From the NCBI GenBank assembly GCA_963620745.1, contig CAVFBE010000065.1, positions 1 through 52,179 on the forward strand: a stretch of DNA of 52,179 nucleotides, given 5' to 3'. This DNA comes from Muribaculaceae bacterium (lineage in GTDB: Bacteria; Bacillota; Clostridia; Oscillospirales; Acutalibacteraceae). Of this stretch, positions 1 through 10,525 are shown in pieces. Within the stretch, counting starts at the first letter, position 1; every line of letters starts with the position of its first letter. The notes under the pieces are model-generated. The model did no database searches. It was not told the DNA's origin and worked only from the letters and a program-made list of their open reading frames with translations. Position numbers and translations under genes: made by a program.

Positions 1-173
1 GTATTAATATTTCTGCCCGTTCCCTGGGGGAAATGAATGTACAGATTCTAATGGAAAAATTGGGCGGGGGCGGCCACTTCACTATGGCGGCAACCCAGCT
101 TTACAATACAACAATGACGGAAGCGGTGGACCGGCTGAAACAGGTCATCCACAACTATCCGGAAAGGGTGTAA
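1..173 (+). CDS. C-terminal fragment of a DHH/DHHA1-family phosphoesterase (GdpP-like), truncated at the 5' end by the window edge
   Basis: Frame 3 reads ...ISARSLGEMNVQILMEKLGGGGHFTMAATQLYNTTMTEAVDRLKQVIHNYPERV with the stop at 171-173. GGGGH is the DHHA1 signature. The position immediately upstream of rplI-dnaB matches the conserved Firmicutes gdpP-rplI-dnaB order. Confidence 0.6.
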   Translation, partial: INISARSLGEMNVQILMEKLGGGGHFTMAATQLYNTTMTEAVDRLKQVIHNYPERV

Positions 174-176
174 CTT

Positions 177-620
177 ATGAAAGTAATTTTAAAAGCAGAT
201 GTTAAAGGACTCGGAAAGAAAGGCCAGCTGGTCAACGCTTCCGACGGCTATGCCAGAAACTTCTTGTTTCCGAAGAACCTGGCAGTTGCCGCCGACGCGC
301 AGAACGTAACCGAAATGAAAAATGCGGAAGCTGCCAAACAATACAAGTATGATACCGAAAAGGCGCAGGCAGAAGGCTTTGCCCGCACCATTGAAGGAAA
401 GACCTTAACCTTCAAGTGCAAGGCCGGCGCCGGCGGCAAAATGTATGGCTCGGTTACCGCTAAGGATGTGGCCGCCAAGATTCGCTCCGAATTCAGTGTG
501 AATGCAGACAAACGGAAGGTCACTGTACCGGAAATTAAGGCCTTTGGAACCTACACCGCTACGGTAAAACTGTTCCAGGGTGTTACCGCTGAAGTAAAAG
601 TACAGGTTTCTGAAGAGTAA
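177..620 (+). CDS. rplI: 50S ribosomal protein L9
   Basis: 147 aa. Begins MKVILKADVKGLGKKGQLVNASDGYARNFLFPKNLA, the typical L9 N-terminal domain. Lies upstream of dnaB. Confidence 0.95.
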   Translation: MKVILKADVKGLGKKGQLVNASDGYARNFLFPKNLAVAADAQNVTEMKNAEAAKQYKYDTEKAQAEGFARTIEGKTLTFKCKAGAGGKMYGSVTAKDVAAKIRSEFSVNADKRKVTVPEIKAFGTYTATVKLFQGVTAEVKVQVSEE

Positions 621-663
621 GCATTTCTTTAAATAAGAAGTCTTCAGAAGAAAGGAAAGTAAG

Positions 664-2034
664 ATGCCGGATATGACTGTTACCGACTACAATCTGCCTT
701 ACAGCATGGAAGCAGAGCAGGCGGTTTTAGGTTGTCTGTTAATGGATCCGACCAGCCTGACCCTGATTCAATCCCAGGGCTTCCGCGCGGAATATTTTTA
801 TCTTCCACAGCATAAGGCCATTTACGGGGCCATTGTACAAATTGAAACCTCCGGTCGGCAGGCTGACGTTCTTTTGGTGGTAGAAAAACTGAAAGAACAA
901 AAGGTCTATGATGATGCGGCGGCCAAGACCTATCTTGCCCAGTTGGCTCAGGTGGTTCCCACCACTGCCAACCTGGAAGCCTATGCCAAGATTGTCAGAG
1001 ACAAGTTTTATAAGCGGGATTTAATTGCGGTTGCCAAGCAAATTGAACAGGATACCGCAAATGAAGAAGCCGATGCTGACATTTTACTTGATTCCGCAGA
1101 ACAGAAAATTTATGATATTCGCCAGGGGAAAAGTACCGGGCAGGCCTCCAAGCTGGGGGACATTATCATGGACAAGGTCTATGACCGCCTGAACAAGCTG
1201 AATTCCCCGGACCGCGAAAAATATCTTGGATTCACCACCGGCTGGTCCGAACTGGACCGTACCATTGCCGGGTTGAATAAATCTGACCTGATTATTGTCG
1301 GCGCCCGTCCGGCCATGGGTAAAACCTCTTTTGCCCTGAACATGGCGCGGAATGCTGCGGTTATTGCCGGGAAGAAAGTGTTGTTCTTCTCCTTGGAAAT
1401 GACCAAAGAACAGCTGGCACAGCGTGTTATCAGCACGGAAGCCCGAATTTACGGGCAGAAAATGCGGACCGGTGCCTTGGACGAAAATGACTGGTTGCGT
1501 TTATCTACGGCAACCTCTGCTCTTAGTACGGCAGAGCTGTACTTTGATGACACCTCCAGCATTACCGTCAATGAAATGAAGGCCAAAATCCGTCGGATGA
1601 AAGACGTGGACTTAGTTATTGTGGACTACCTGCAGTTAATGAAGTCCGCAACTCGCACGGAATCCCGTGTACAGGAAGTATCCGACATTACCAGAAATCT
1701 GAAGCTGATGGCAAAGGATTTAGAGGTCCCGGTTGTTGTTCTGGCACAGTTGTCCCGTGGAACGGAAGGCAGAGGCAAAAGCCATGAACCACAGCTGTCT
1801 GACCTGCGTGAATCCGGCTCTATTGAGCAGGACGCAGATATTGTTCTGATGCTGTATCGGGAAGATTATTATTCCGATGGCAGCACAGACGCAGAAAACA
1901 TGGAAAAAGAAATAGATAAAGTCCAAATTAAAGTTGCCAAGAACCGTCACGGCCCGACCGGAGACATTTACCTTGGCTGGAACGCCGACTTTACGCTGTT
2001 CTCTACCATTGAAACAAGACATGATGATTTCTAA
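664..2034 (+). CDS. dnaB: Replicative DNA helicase DnaB
   Basis: 456 aa. N-terminal PYSMEAEQAVLGCLL motif, Walker A GARPAMGKTSFALN, Walker B VIVDYLQLM, and a C-terminal AKNRHGPTG motif. Confidence 0.95.
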   Translation: MPDMTVTDYNLPYSMEAEQAVLGCLLMDPTSLTLIQSQGFRAEYFYLPQHKAIYGAIVQIETSGRQADVLLVVEKLKEQKVYDDAAAKTYLAQLAQVVPTTANLEAYAKIVRDKFYKRDLIAVAKQIEQDTANEEADADILLDSAEQKIYDIRQGKSTGQASKLGDIIMDKVYDRLNKLNSPDREKYLGFTTGWSELDRTIAGLNKSDLIIVGARPAMGKTSFALNMARNAAVIAGKKVLFFSLEMTKEQLAQRVISTEARIYGQKMRTGALDENDWLRLSTATSALSTAELYFDDTSSITVNEMKAKIRRMKDVDLVIVDYLQLMKSATRTESRVQEVSDITRNLKLMAKDLEVPVVVLAQLSRGTEGRGKSHEPQLSDLRESGSIEQDADIVLMLYREDYYSDGSTDAENMEKEIDKVQIKVAKNRHGPTGDIYLGWNADFTLFSTIETRHDDF

Positions 2035-3397
2035 GGTACGCGCATTTCTGGAGCTGGAACACTTGCTGCAGCCAGGACAATGGGTTATTCTTGCTTTGTC
2101 CGGCGGAGCGGACTCCGTAGCTTTACTTTCTGTTTGCAAAGAATTGCAGGATGAATATGACCTGCATCTGCTGGCTGCCCATGTAAACCATGGAATCCGT
2201 GGGGAAGAGGCAGACCAGGATGAAGCTTTTTGCCAGTCTTTGTGCAAGCAGCAAAATGTGGAACTCCGTGTTTTGCATGCAGATATTCCAAACTTAGCCA
2301 GACAGGCCGGCGTTTCGGAGGAAACCTGTGGCAGAAACGTCCGTTACCAGTTTTTTCAGAACCTGACAGAGGAACTGGTGGCAACTGGCGTGCCGGCACA
2401 GCAAATCCGAATTGCCACGGCCCACACGGCGCAGGATGCGGTGGAAACCATGTTGTTCCACCTGGCCAGAGGAACCGGATTAACCGGACTCTGCGGTATC
2501 CCTGCCACCAGAGGATCTATTATCAGACCGCTTCTTACCTGCACGCGTGCAGACATTGAAGCTTACTTACAGGAGCGGCAATTGCCGCATAGGGAAGACA
2601 GTACTAATCAGGATGTTTCCTATGCGCGTAACCGCATTCGCCACCAGGTATTGCCGGCGTTAGAAGCCTGCAATGACGGTGCCCTCCGGAATATGCTTCG
2701 TTGCATGGAGCTTTTGCAACAAGACGAAGCCTATCTGGAAGAACAGGCTGATCTTCTTCGCGCTTATGCAAAAGTAGCGGGGAAAGAGGCTTACTATGCA
2801 GACCGGCTGTCTGCAGCGCACCCCGCCGTTTTAAACCGTGTGCTGGCGTCCGTCCTGACCGAAGTCTGCGGTCAGGATCTGACGGCCGGACACATTGCAC
2901 AGGCGGCTACGCTGCTGACCACAGGCGGTCAAATGCAAATTCCCACCGGAGCCTACGTCCGGGTTCGGGACAACGAATTCTGTGTACTCCGGCAATTGCC
3001 GGATACCCATCCGGTATCTGACTTTGCCGTTACCGGTGCCGAAGAGGTAATTTTACCCATCGGTACCTTTCGGTATCGGGTTTATCCGAACCCGGACCGG
3101 GGGCTCCGCCCCAATGCAGCGGCGCCTGCCTATGCGTGCCGGCTGGATTTTGATAAAATCGGGCCGTTCACGCTGCGCAACCGCCGCCCCGGAGACAGGT
3201 TTACTCCTGCATTCCGGAAGGTGACTAAATCGCTGAAATCCCTATTCAATGAAGCCGGAATTCCACCGGAAGACCGCTCCGGTATTCTGCTGATGGAGTC
3301 GGATGGTGAAATTGTCTGGATGCAGGGGTTTGGCCCCTCGGAATCCGTTCGTGTTCGAACGGAAACCGAAACCATTATGGAAATTATACTGAATTAG
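2021..3397 (+). CDS. tilS: tRNA(Ile)-lysidine synthetase TilS
   Basis: PP-loop motif LALSGGADS near the N-terminus and a C-terminal TilS domain (LRNRRPGDRF...GEIVWM). The ATG at 2021 places the PP-loop about 25 aa from the start. The 5' ORF extension back to 1934 lies inside dnaB and is rejected. The tilS-hpt-ftsH order is conserved. Confidence 0.9.
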   Translation: MMISKVRAFLELEHLLQPGQWVILALSGGADSVALLSVCKELQDEYDLHLLAAHVNHGIRGEEADQDEAFCQSLCKQQNVELRVLHADIPNLARQAGVSEETCGRNVRYQFFQNLTEELVATGVPAQQIRIATAHTAQDAVETMLFHLARGTGLTGLCGIPATRGSIIRPLLTCTRADIEAYLQERQLPHREDSTNQDVSYARNRIRHQVLPALEACNDGALRNMLRCMELLQQDEAYLEEQADLLRAYAKVAGKEAYYADRLSAAHPAVLNRVLASVLTEVCGQDLTAGHIAQAATLLTTGGQMQIPTGAYVRVRDNEFCVLRQLPDTHPVSDFAVTGAEEVILPIGTFRYRVYPNPDRGLRPNAAAPAYACRLDFDKIGPFTLRNRRPGDRFTPAFRKVTKSLKSLFNEAGIPPEDRSGILLMESDGEIVWMQGFGPSESVRVRTETETIMEIILN

Positions 3398-3407
3398 GAG
3401 GCTCACA

Positions 3408-3959
3408 ATGGCAAGTGAACAAATGTCAAATGACATTGACCGCATCCTGTTATCCGAAGAACAGATTCAGGAAATTGTGAATCGTGTCGGTCAGCAGATT
3501 ACAGAAAATTACCGCGGCAAAAAATTGGTACTGGTGTCCGTACTGAAAGGCTCCGTAGTCTGGATGGCAGATCTGATGCGAGCCATTGACCTGCCGGTAG
3601 AAATTGACTTTATGGTGGTTTCCAGTTATGGAAAAGGAACCACCTCCGGTCGTGTCAAAATCATCAAAGACCTGGATTTGGATTTGTCCGGTCTGGATCT
3701 TCTGATTGTAGAAGACATTTTAGATACCGGCAATACGCTGTATTCCCTAATGCAGTTGCTTTCCACCCGTAATCCGAAATCCATTAAAATCTGTACCTTC
3801 TTGGACAAGCCGGAACGCCGGGTAGCTCCCATTACCGCGGACTACGTTGGCGCAATTGTACCGGATGAATTTGTAGTTGGCTACGGTCTGGATTACGACC
3901 AAAAATACAGAAACCTTCCGTATCTTGGCGTTTTAAAGCCTGAAGTATACGGAGCATAA
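3408..3959 (+). CDS. hpt: Hypoxanthine phosphoribosyltransferase
   Basis: 183 aa. PRPP-binding motif [14 protein letters not shown] and C-terminal [18 protein letters not shown] lies upstream. Confidence 0.93.
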   Translation: MASEQMSNDIDRILLSEEQIQEIVNRVGQQITENYRGKKLVLVSVLKGSVVWMADLMRAIDLPVEIDFMVVSSYGKGTTSGRVKIIKDLDLDLSGLDLLIVEDILDTGNTLYSLMQLLSTRNPKSIKICTFLDKPERRVAPITADYVGAIVPDEFVVGYGLDYDQKYRNLPYLGVLKPEVYGA

Positions 3960-3973
3960 GGAGGACCACTACC

Positions 3974-6022
3974 TTGGACCAGAACAAAACTCCCGGAAGC
4001 CCAAATCAGGATCCGAAAAAGCGCAGTAATCTGATTCAGACTATTATCTGGATTATTTTGCCGTTACTTCTTGTGGTTTCCATGTACTTTACTTTTAACT
4101 CCAGCTCCACCAAGGATTCCAAGAAATACTATGAAGTTATTTCTTATTTCCAGCAGGGGGAAGTAACGGAGTATACACTGAATATTTCCACCGGAAAGCT
4201 GACTTATACGCTGGATGGGGAATCGGAGGCACGTACCTATAATGTGCCGTCGGTAGACTTGTTTGTAAATGATACCCATGACAGCATTATGGAGTACAAC
4301 GAAGAACATCCGGATAGTCCTATCAAGGTGGATTACCAGGTAACCAAGTCTACCAGTTGGCTATCCCAGCTGCTGCCGGTTATTCTCTCTACGGTACTGA
4401 TTATTGTGGCCTGCATTTGGATTATGCGCCGCATGAACACTACCATGATGAACGAAAACAACCGCGCGCTTGGATTCGGCAAGGCTCGCATTAAAAAGGG
4501 CGATGAAGTTTCTGAAAAGAAAACCTTTGCCGATGTAGCCGGTGCCGATGAAGAAAAAGAAGAACTGAAGGAAATTGTTGATTTCCTGAAAGACCCGCAC
4601 AAATATGATGCTCTTGGCGCCAGAATTCCAAAGGGCGTTTTGCTGGTGGGCCCTCCGGGTACCGGTAAAACCCTTCTTGCAAGAGCTACCGCAGGGGAAG
4701 CAGACAGACCGTTCTTCTCCATTTCCGGTTCTGACTTTGTAGAAATGTATGTTGGCGTTGGTGCTTCCCGTGTTCGTGACCTGTTTGACAACGCAAAGAA
4801 GAATGCACCTGCCATTATCTTCATTGATGAAATTGATGCCGTTGGCCGTCACCGTGGTGCCGGTATGGGCGGTGGACATGATGAACGGGAACAGACCCTG
4901 AACCAGTTGCTGGTTGAAATGGACGGCTTTGCCGGAAACCTGGGCATTGTTGTCATTGCAGCAACCAACCGTCCTGACATTCTTGACCCGGCTCTGCTTC
5001 GTCCCGGCCGTTTTGACCGTCAGATTACCGTAAATTATCCTGATGTGGTTGGCCGTGAAGCTATTCTGAAGATTCACGCCAAGAACAAACCAATTGCTCC
5101 TGACGTAGACCTGAATGTCATTGCCAATGCCACCGCAGGCTTTACCGGCGCAGATTTGGAAAACCTGTTAAACGAATCTGCCCTGCTGGCTGCACGGAAG
5201 GGCAGAAAGGCCATTACCGCTGCTGACGTTGGGGAAGCAACCGTAAAGGTTATGGTAGGTCCGGAAAAGAAGACCAAGAAGATGACCGATCAGGAAAAGA
5301 AACTGACAGCGTACCACGAAGCTGGTCATGCAGTTACCAATTTCTACCTGCCGCTGCTTGATCCGGTTCACGAAATCAGTATTATTCCGCGTGGTTCTGC
5401 CGGTGGTTATACCATGAGCGTACCAACCGAAGACAAGTCTTACATGACCAAGAACACCATGCTGCAAAATTTGGTTAGCCTTTTAGGCGGCCGGGTTGCA
5501 GAGGCTCTGATCATGGGTGACGTATCTACCGGTGCATCCAATGACATTGAACGCGCCACCAAGATTACGCACAACATGATTACCCGCTACGGTATGAGTG
5601 AAAAGCTGGGTACCATTTCTTACGGCTCCGACAGTGACGAAGTCTTCCTGGGCATGGACTACGGACGGAAACGTGACTACTCTGAAGCCACTGCTGCCGC
5701 CATTGACCAGGAATCCAAACGCATTATGGATCATGCTTATCAGGAGGCTGAACGCCTGTTGAAAGAGCATTCCGACAAGCTGGACAATGTTGCTAAGTTC
5801 CTGATTCAGTATGAGAAGATGGACGGTACCATTTTCCGTCAGATTATGGAAAGTGACGACTTTGACATTGACGCCTTTATTAAGGAACATGGTGAAAAGC
5901 TGAAACGCCATACCATGACACCGGCTGAAATGATTCAGGCTGCCAAGGATGCCAAAGCAGCCAAAGAAGCCCAGGTACAAAAAGCGGCTGACACAGAAGC
6001 CACTGCCGAAGAGGTTCTGTAA
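3974..6022 (+). CDS. ftsH: ATP-dependent zinc metalloprotease FtsH
   Basis: 682 aa with a TTG start behind AAGGAGGA. Two N-terminal TM segments, AAA+ Walker A GPPGTGKT, Walker [12 protein letters not shown] region, and zinc motif HEAGHA. Confidence 0.95.
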   Translation: MDQNKTPGSPNQDPKKRSNLIQTIIWIILPLLLVVSMYFTFNSSSTKDSKKYYEVISYFQQGEVTEYTLNISTGKLTYTLDGESEARTYNVPSVDLFVNDTHDSIMEYNEEHPDSPIKVDYQVTKSTSWLSQLLPVILSTVLIIVACIWIMRRMNTTMMNENNRALGFGKARIKKGDEVSEKKTFADVAGADEEKEELKEIVDFLKDPHKYDALGARIPKGVLLVGPPGTGKTLLARATAGEADRPFFSISGSDFVEMYVGVGASRVRDLFDNAKKNAPAIIFIDEIDAVGRHRGAGMGGGHDEREQTLNQLLVEMDGFAGNLGIVVIAATNRPDILDPALLRPGRFDRQITVNYPDVVGREAILKIHAKNKPIAPDVDLNVIANATAGFTGADLENLLNESALLAARKGRKAITAADVGEATVKVMVGPEKKTKKMTDQEKKLTAYHEAGHAVTNFYLPLLDPVHEISIIPRGSAGGYTMSVPTEDKSYMTKNTMLQNLVSLLGGRVAEALIMGDVSTGASNDIERATKITHNMITRYGMSEKLGTISYGSDSDEVFLGMDYGRKRDYSEATAAAIDQESKRIMDHAYQEAERLLKEHSDKLDNVAKFLIQYEKMDGTIFRQIMESDDFDIDAFIKEHGEKLKRHTMTPAEMIQAAKDAKAAKEAQVQKAADTEATAEEVL

Positions 6023-6045
6023 TTTCTAATCAAATGCAAGACCAA

Positions 6046-6083
6046 GACCTGCTTCCTATAACGGGGAGCAGGTCATCTTTTTT
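6046..6083 (+). terminator. Rho-independent terminator after ftsH
   Basis: Stem GACCTGCTTCC / GGGGAGCAGGTC with a 6-nt loop, followed by ATCTTTTTT. Confidence 0.7.
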
Positions 6084-6150
6084 AGACGAAATTTATCTTC
6101 ACAGCACACCCGGGAAAAGTCGGAAAAATCGCATATTTATGGGCCGTTTC

Positions 6151-6179
6151 TTGACAGAACCCAAGATGCAGTGTAAAAT
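6151..6179 (+). promoter_or_regulatory. Sigma-A type promoter for the topoisomerase operon
   Basis: TTGACA (6151-6156), 17-nt spacer, TAAAAT (6174-6179), with TG immediately upstream of the -10 (extended -10). Confidence 0.6.
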
Positions 6180-6208
6180 TTTACGGTAAAAAAATAATGG
6201 AGGGTACT

Positions 6209-8191
6209 ATGGCAAAGACTGCGAAATATACAAATGACAATATTTCCCAGCTGAAGGGTGCCGACCGGGTACGGAAAAGACCGGCCGTTATCTTCGGCTC
6301 AGACGGTATTGAAGGCTGCCAACACTCTTTCTTTGAAATTCTGTCCAACTCAATTGACGAAGCCAGGGAAGGCTTCGGTAATAAGATTATCATTACACGG
6401 TACCTTGACCAAAGCCTGGAAGTGCAGGACTTCGGCCGGGGTATTCCCATGGATTACAACGAAAAAGAAAAAGAATACAACTGGAAACTGGTTTTCTGTG
6501 AACTGTATGCCGGAGGTAAGTACAATACCAACTCCGGAAATGGGATTTATGAGTTCTCTCTGGGCTTAAACGGACTTGGCCTTTGTGCCACACAGTATTC
6601 CTCAGAGTACATGGATGCGGAAATCCACCGGGACGGGATCTGCTACAAAATGCAGTTCCAGTCAGGAAATCCGAAAGGAAAATTAAGCAAGGAAGAAACT
6701 TCCGGTAAGGAAACCGGCTCCCGCATTCATTGGAAACCGGATCGCCAGGTATTTACTGACATCAATATTCCGCTGGAATACTTCAAAGATACACTGCGTC
6801 GCCAGGCAATTGTCAACAACGGTTTGCTGTTCCGCCTGAAGGACGAAGTGGCACCCGGAAAATTTGAAGAATACGAATTCTGTTATGAAAACGGCATCCA
6901 GGACTACATGAAGGAAGTAGTTGGTGCAGATGCCTTTACGCAACCCATCTTCTGGACAACGGAACGGGTAGGTCGGGACAGGGAAGACCTGGAGGACTAC
7001 AAAGTCCTGATTAATGCAGTTGTCTGCTTCTCTAACAAGCAGCAGTTGAAGGAATATTATCACAACTCCTCCTGGCTGGAGCATGGCGGTGCACCGGAAA
7101 AAGCAGTGCGCAGTGCCTTCGTTTCCCAGATTGACGCCTATTTGAAGGCCAACAATAAGTACACCAAATCCGACAAGAAGATTACCTTCCAGGATGTGGA
7201 AGACTGCCTTTGCGTTATTATTTCGTCCTTCTCCACCCAGACTTCCTATGAAAACCAGACCAAGAAGGCCATTAACAACAAATTCATTCAGGAAGCCATG
7301 ACGGAGTTCTTCAAGCATTCTCTGGAAATCTATTTCATTGAAAACAAAATGGATGCTGACCGGATTACTGACCAGGTCCTGATTAACATGCGGTCCCGGA
7401 TTCGCGCAGAATCCACCCGCCAGAATCTGAAAAAGACGCTGACCGGCAATATGGATATGGGCAACCGCGTCAAGAAGTTTGTGGACTGCCGTACCAAGGA
7501 TGTCAGCCGCCGCGAAGTCTTCATTGTGGAAGGGGACTCCGCACTTGGTTCCTGTAAACAGGCAAGAGATTCCGAATTCCAGGCTGTTATTCCCATTCGC
7601 GGTAAAATCCTGAACTGCCTGAAGGCGGATTATGACCGTATTTTTAAGTCGGAAATTATTACCGACCTGATTAAAGTTCTTGGCTGCGGGGTAGAGGTCC
7701 AAACCAAGAAAAAGGATATGAATGCCTTTAGCCTGGATAATCTGCGCTGGAACAAGGTTATTATCTGTACGGACGCCGATGTAGACGGCTACCAGATTCG
7801 TACCCTGGTTCTGACCATGATTTACCGGCTGATGCCGACGCTGATTACGGAGGGAAAGGTGTTCATTGCCGAATCCCCGCTGTATGAAATCCAGTGCAAG
7901 GACCAGGTTTGGTTTGCCTATACGGAACCGGAAAAGACCCAGGTTTTAGAAGAACTGGAAGGCAAGAAATATACCATCCAGCGCTCCAAAGGTTTGGGTG
8001 AAAACGATGCCGACATGATGTGGCTGACAACCATGAACCCGAAGACCCGCCGTCTGATTAAAGTAACGCCGGATGATGCCGAACTGACCGCCAAGACCTT
8101 TGACCTGTTACTGGGAGACGACCTTGCCGGCAGAAAGCAGCACATTGCAGAAGACGGCCACTTGTATCTTGACATGACAGACGTCAGCTAA
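6209..8191 (+). CDS. parE: Type IIA DNA topoisomerase subunit B (ParE/GyrB family; topo IV-like by context)
   Basis: GHKL ATPase N-box EILSNSIDEA, G1 box QDFGRGIP, QTK loop YENQTKK, and TOPRIM motifs VEGDSALGS, PIRGKILNC and DADVDGYQI. The start is placed at ATG 6209 behind GGAGGG. The ATG at 6197 has no RBS and sits about 11 nt from the predicted transcription start. Confidence 0.85.
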   Translation: MAKTAKYTNDNISQLKGADRVRKRPAVIFGSDGIEGCQHSFFEILSNSIDEAREGFGNKIIITRYLDQSLEVQDFGRGIPMDYNEKEKEYNWKLVFCELYAGGKYNTNSGNGIYEFSLGLNGLGLCATQYSSEYMDAEIHRDGICYKMQFQSGNPKGKLSKEETSGKETGSRIHWKPDRQVFTDINIPLEYFKDTLRRQAIVNNGLLFRLKDEVAPGKFEEYEFCYENGIQDYMKEVVGADAFTQPIFWTTERVGRDREDLEDYKVLINAVVCFSNKQQLKEYYHNSSWLEHGGAPEKAVRSAFVSQIDAYLKANNKYTKSDKKITFQDVEDCLCVIISSFSTQTSYENQTKKAINNKFIQEAMTEFFKHSLEIYFIENKMDADRITDQVLINMRSRIRAESTRQNLKKTLTGNMDMGNRVKKFVDCRTKDVSRREVFIVEGDSALGSCKQARDSEFQAVIPIRGKILNCLKADYDRIFKSEIITDLIKVLGCGVEVQTKKKDMNAFSLDNLRWNKVIICTDADVDGYQIRTLVLTMIYRLMPTLITEGKVFIAESPLYEIQCKDQVWFAYTEPEKTQVLEELEGKKYTIQRSKGLGENDADMMWLTTMNPKTRRLIKVTPDDAELTAKTFDLLLGDDLAGRKQHIAEDGHLYLDMTDVS

Positions 8192-8203
8192 GGAGGGAAA
8201 TGA

Positions 8204-10462
8204 ATGGCTAAAAAGAAAACAGGGCCGGACATTGCCCGTGAAGAAACCAATCCGAATGCGCATATCATGGGCGCAGGCGAGGTAGTGGACCAGCGTATTG
8301 TAGAAACACTGGAAATCAACTACATGCCGTATGCCATGAGCGTTATCATGTCCCGTGCCATCCCGGAAATAGACGGCTTTAAACCGTCCCACAGAAAGCT
8401 ACTGTACACCATGTATAAAATGGGGCTGCTGACCGGAAACCGGATCAAATCCGCCAACATTGTGGGCCGAACCATGCAACTTAATCCCCATGGCGATGCA
8501 GCCATTTACGACACCATGGTACGTCTTTCCCGTGGATATGGTGCTTTGCTGCACCCTTATGTAGATTCCAAGGGTAACTTTGGTAAAGCGTACTCCAGAG
8601 ACATGTCCTGGGCGGCTTCCCGTTACACAGAGGCTAAGCTGGAAAAGCTGGCATCGGAGTTGTTCCGGGATATTGATAAGGATACGGTAGATTTTGTAGA
8701 TAACTACGATGCCACCATGAAGGAGCCGACGCTGCTGCCGGTTACCTTCCCCAGCATTTTGGTCAACAATAATACGGGGATTGCCGTTGGTATGGCAAGC
8801 TCTATTTGTTCCTTTAACCTGAAGGAAATCTGTGACACTACCATCAACCTGATTAAAGACCCGGATTATGATATTATGGATTCTTTGCAGGCGCCGGACT
8901 TTCCCGGCGGCGGCCAGATTATTTATGACCGGGCCAAAATGCAGGAAGTCTTTGCCACCGGCCGCGGCGGCATTACGGTGCGTTCCAAGTATCAGTATGA
9001 CAAGGTAAACCATTGCATTGACATTACTGAAATTCCACCAACTACCACATCGGAAGTCATTATTGAAAAGATTATTGAAAAAGCCAAAAGTGGCAGCTTA
9101 CGGGAAATTTCCGATATCAGGGATGAAACCGATAAATCCGGTCTGAAAATTACCATTGATGTAAAGCGGGGTACAGATCCGGATGCTCTGATGAAAAAGC
9201 TGTTTAAGTCTACTTCCCTGGAAGAGGCTTTTCCGTGTAACTTTAATGTTCTGATTGCCGGTATGCCACGGGTTTGCGGCGTCAAAGAGCTGTTAGAAGA
9301 GTGGATTGCCTTCCGCACGGAATGCGTCCGCAGACGGGTTTATTTTGACCTGAACAAAGCCAAGGAAAAGCTGCATTTGCTGCAGGGCCTGCAAAAGATT
9401 TTGCTGGACATTGATAAAGCAATCAAAATTGTCCGGGAAACCGAAGAAGAAGCAGAAGTGGTTCCCAATTTAATGATTGGCTTTGGAATTGACCAAATCC
9501 AGGCCGAGTATGTGGCAGAAATCAAGCTGCGCCATTTAAACAGGGAATTCATTTTAAAGCGCCTGCAGGATGTTTCTGATTTGGAAAAGTCTATTGCTGA
9601 CATGCAGGATACTTTAAATAGCAAGGCACGCATTAAGAAAATTCTGGTCACTGAGCTGGAAGACGTTGCTAAGAAATACGGCCAGCCGCGGAAATCGGAA
9701 ATCATTTACGCCACGGATTTGGAAGAAGAACTGGAAGAAGAGGAGACCGTAGCAGATTATCCCTGCACGTTCTTCTTTACCCATGACGGTTATTTCAAGA
9801 AGATTACACCGCAGTCTTTGCGCATGAGTGGTTCCCAGAAGCTGAAGGAAAACGACTCCCTGCGGCAGACGGTGGAATCCAGCAACGCAAAGGAACTGCT
9901 GTTCTTTACGGATCAGGCGCAGGTGTATAAAGCCAAGGCCTCGGATTTTGAAGATTCCAAAGCCTCTGCATTAGGACAGTATATTCCGACAGAGCTCGGC
10001 TTTGACGAAGGCGAAAAGCCGGTTTATATGGCGGTCACCGACAATTATCAGGGCTATATGATTTTTGCCTATGAAAACGGTAAGGTGGCCAAAGTGGAAA
10101 TGTCTGCTTATTACACCAAGACTAATCGGAAGAAGCTGATTAAAGCCTCCTGTGAAAAGTACGTGTTGGCAGATGCGCTGTATTTGCCGGAAGACACGGA
10201 GTTGGTACTTCGTTCCTCTGGCGGACGACTTCTGTTGCTCCATACCGGATTACTGACAGCCAAAACCACAAAGAATACCCAGGGTGTTTCCATTATGCGG
10301 CTGAAAAAAGGACAGCGTGTGGAAGAAGCCAGACTGTACCAGGAAGGCGAATTTGCAAAGCCGTCCCGGTACCGCACCAAGAGCCTTCCGGCCTTAGGGG
10401 CTTTCCCGGCATCGGAAGACGTGGCAGGGGAGCAGTTAACCCTGGATACCGTTACGGATTAA
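8204..10462 (+). CDS. parC: Type IIA DNA topoisomerase subunit A (ParC/GyrA family)
   Basis: 752 aa. Motifs YAMSVIMSRAIPEIDGFKPSHRKLLY, NPHGDAAIYDTMVRLS, the catalytic tyrosine context AASRYTEAKL, and GIAVGMAS. Starts 13 nt after the B subunit, behind AAGGAGGGA. Confidence 0.85.
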   Translation: MAKKKTGPDIAREETNPNAHIMGAGEVVDQRIVETLEINYMPYAMSVIMSRAIPEIDGFKPSHRKLLYTMYKMGLLTGNRIKSANIVGRTMQLNPHGDAAIYDTMVRLSRGYGALLHPYVDSKGNFGKAYSRDMSWAASRYTEAKLEKLASELFRDIDKDTVDFVDNYDATMKEPTLLPVTFPSILVNNNTGIAVGMASSICSFNLKEICDTTINLIKDPDYDIMDSLQAPDFPGGGQIIYDRAKMQEVFATGRGGITVRSKYQYDKVNHCIDITEIPPTTTSEVIIEKIIEKAKSGSLREISDIRDETDKSGLKITIDVKRGTDPDALMKKLFKSTSLEEAFPCNFNVLIAGMPRVCGVKELLEEWIAFRTECVRRRVYFDLNKAKEKLHLLQGLQKILLDIDKAIKIVRETEEEAEVVPNLMIGFGIDQIQAEYVAEIKLRHLNREFILKRLQDVSDLEKSIADMQDTLNSKARIKKILVTELEDVAKKYGQPRKSEIIYATDLEEELEEEETVADYPCTFFFTHDGYFKKITPQSLRMSGSQKLKENDSLRQTVESSNAKELLFFTDQAQVYKAKASDFEDSKASALGQYIPTELGFDEGEKPVYMAVTDNYQGYMIFAYENGKVAKVEMSAYYTKTNRKKLIKASCEKYVLADALYLPEDTELVLRSSGGRLLLLHTGLLTAKTTKNTQGVSIMRLKKGQRVEEARLYQEGEFAKPSRYRTKSLPALGAFPASEDVAGEQLTLDTVTD

Positions 10463-10525
10463 CCCTTGAAACTCCCTTCGTTATATGCTAAAATTTCTAA
10501 GCATTCTCTTATAGGAGGAACCAAC

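Noticed and set aside
1934-2020. The 5' extension of the tilS ORF. Similar extensions occur for secG (10466-10525), the PLC-like gene (11064-11090), aroK (13227-13292), sorC (28077-28124), groES (33991-34044), the SCP2-like gene (37916-37975), the GDPD gene (40139-40171), potB (48443-48499) and potC (49261-49317).
   Set aside because: In each case an internal start has a proper AGGAGG-type RBS and yields the family-typical N-terminus. The extensions overlap upstream genes, promoters or the CIRCE element.
6683-7702. A 339-aa ORF antisense to the topoisomerase B subunit. Similar cases are 17035-18051 (foldase), 14412-15248 (SGNH), 4361-5077 (ftsH), 45960-46661 (MATE) and 39357-40004 (aminotransferase).
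   Set aside because: The same shadow-ORF explanation applies. The sense genes have unambiguous family motifs.
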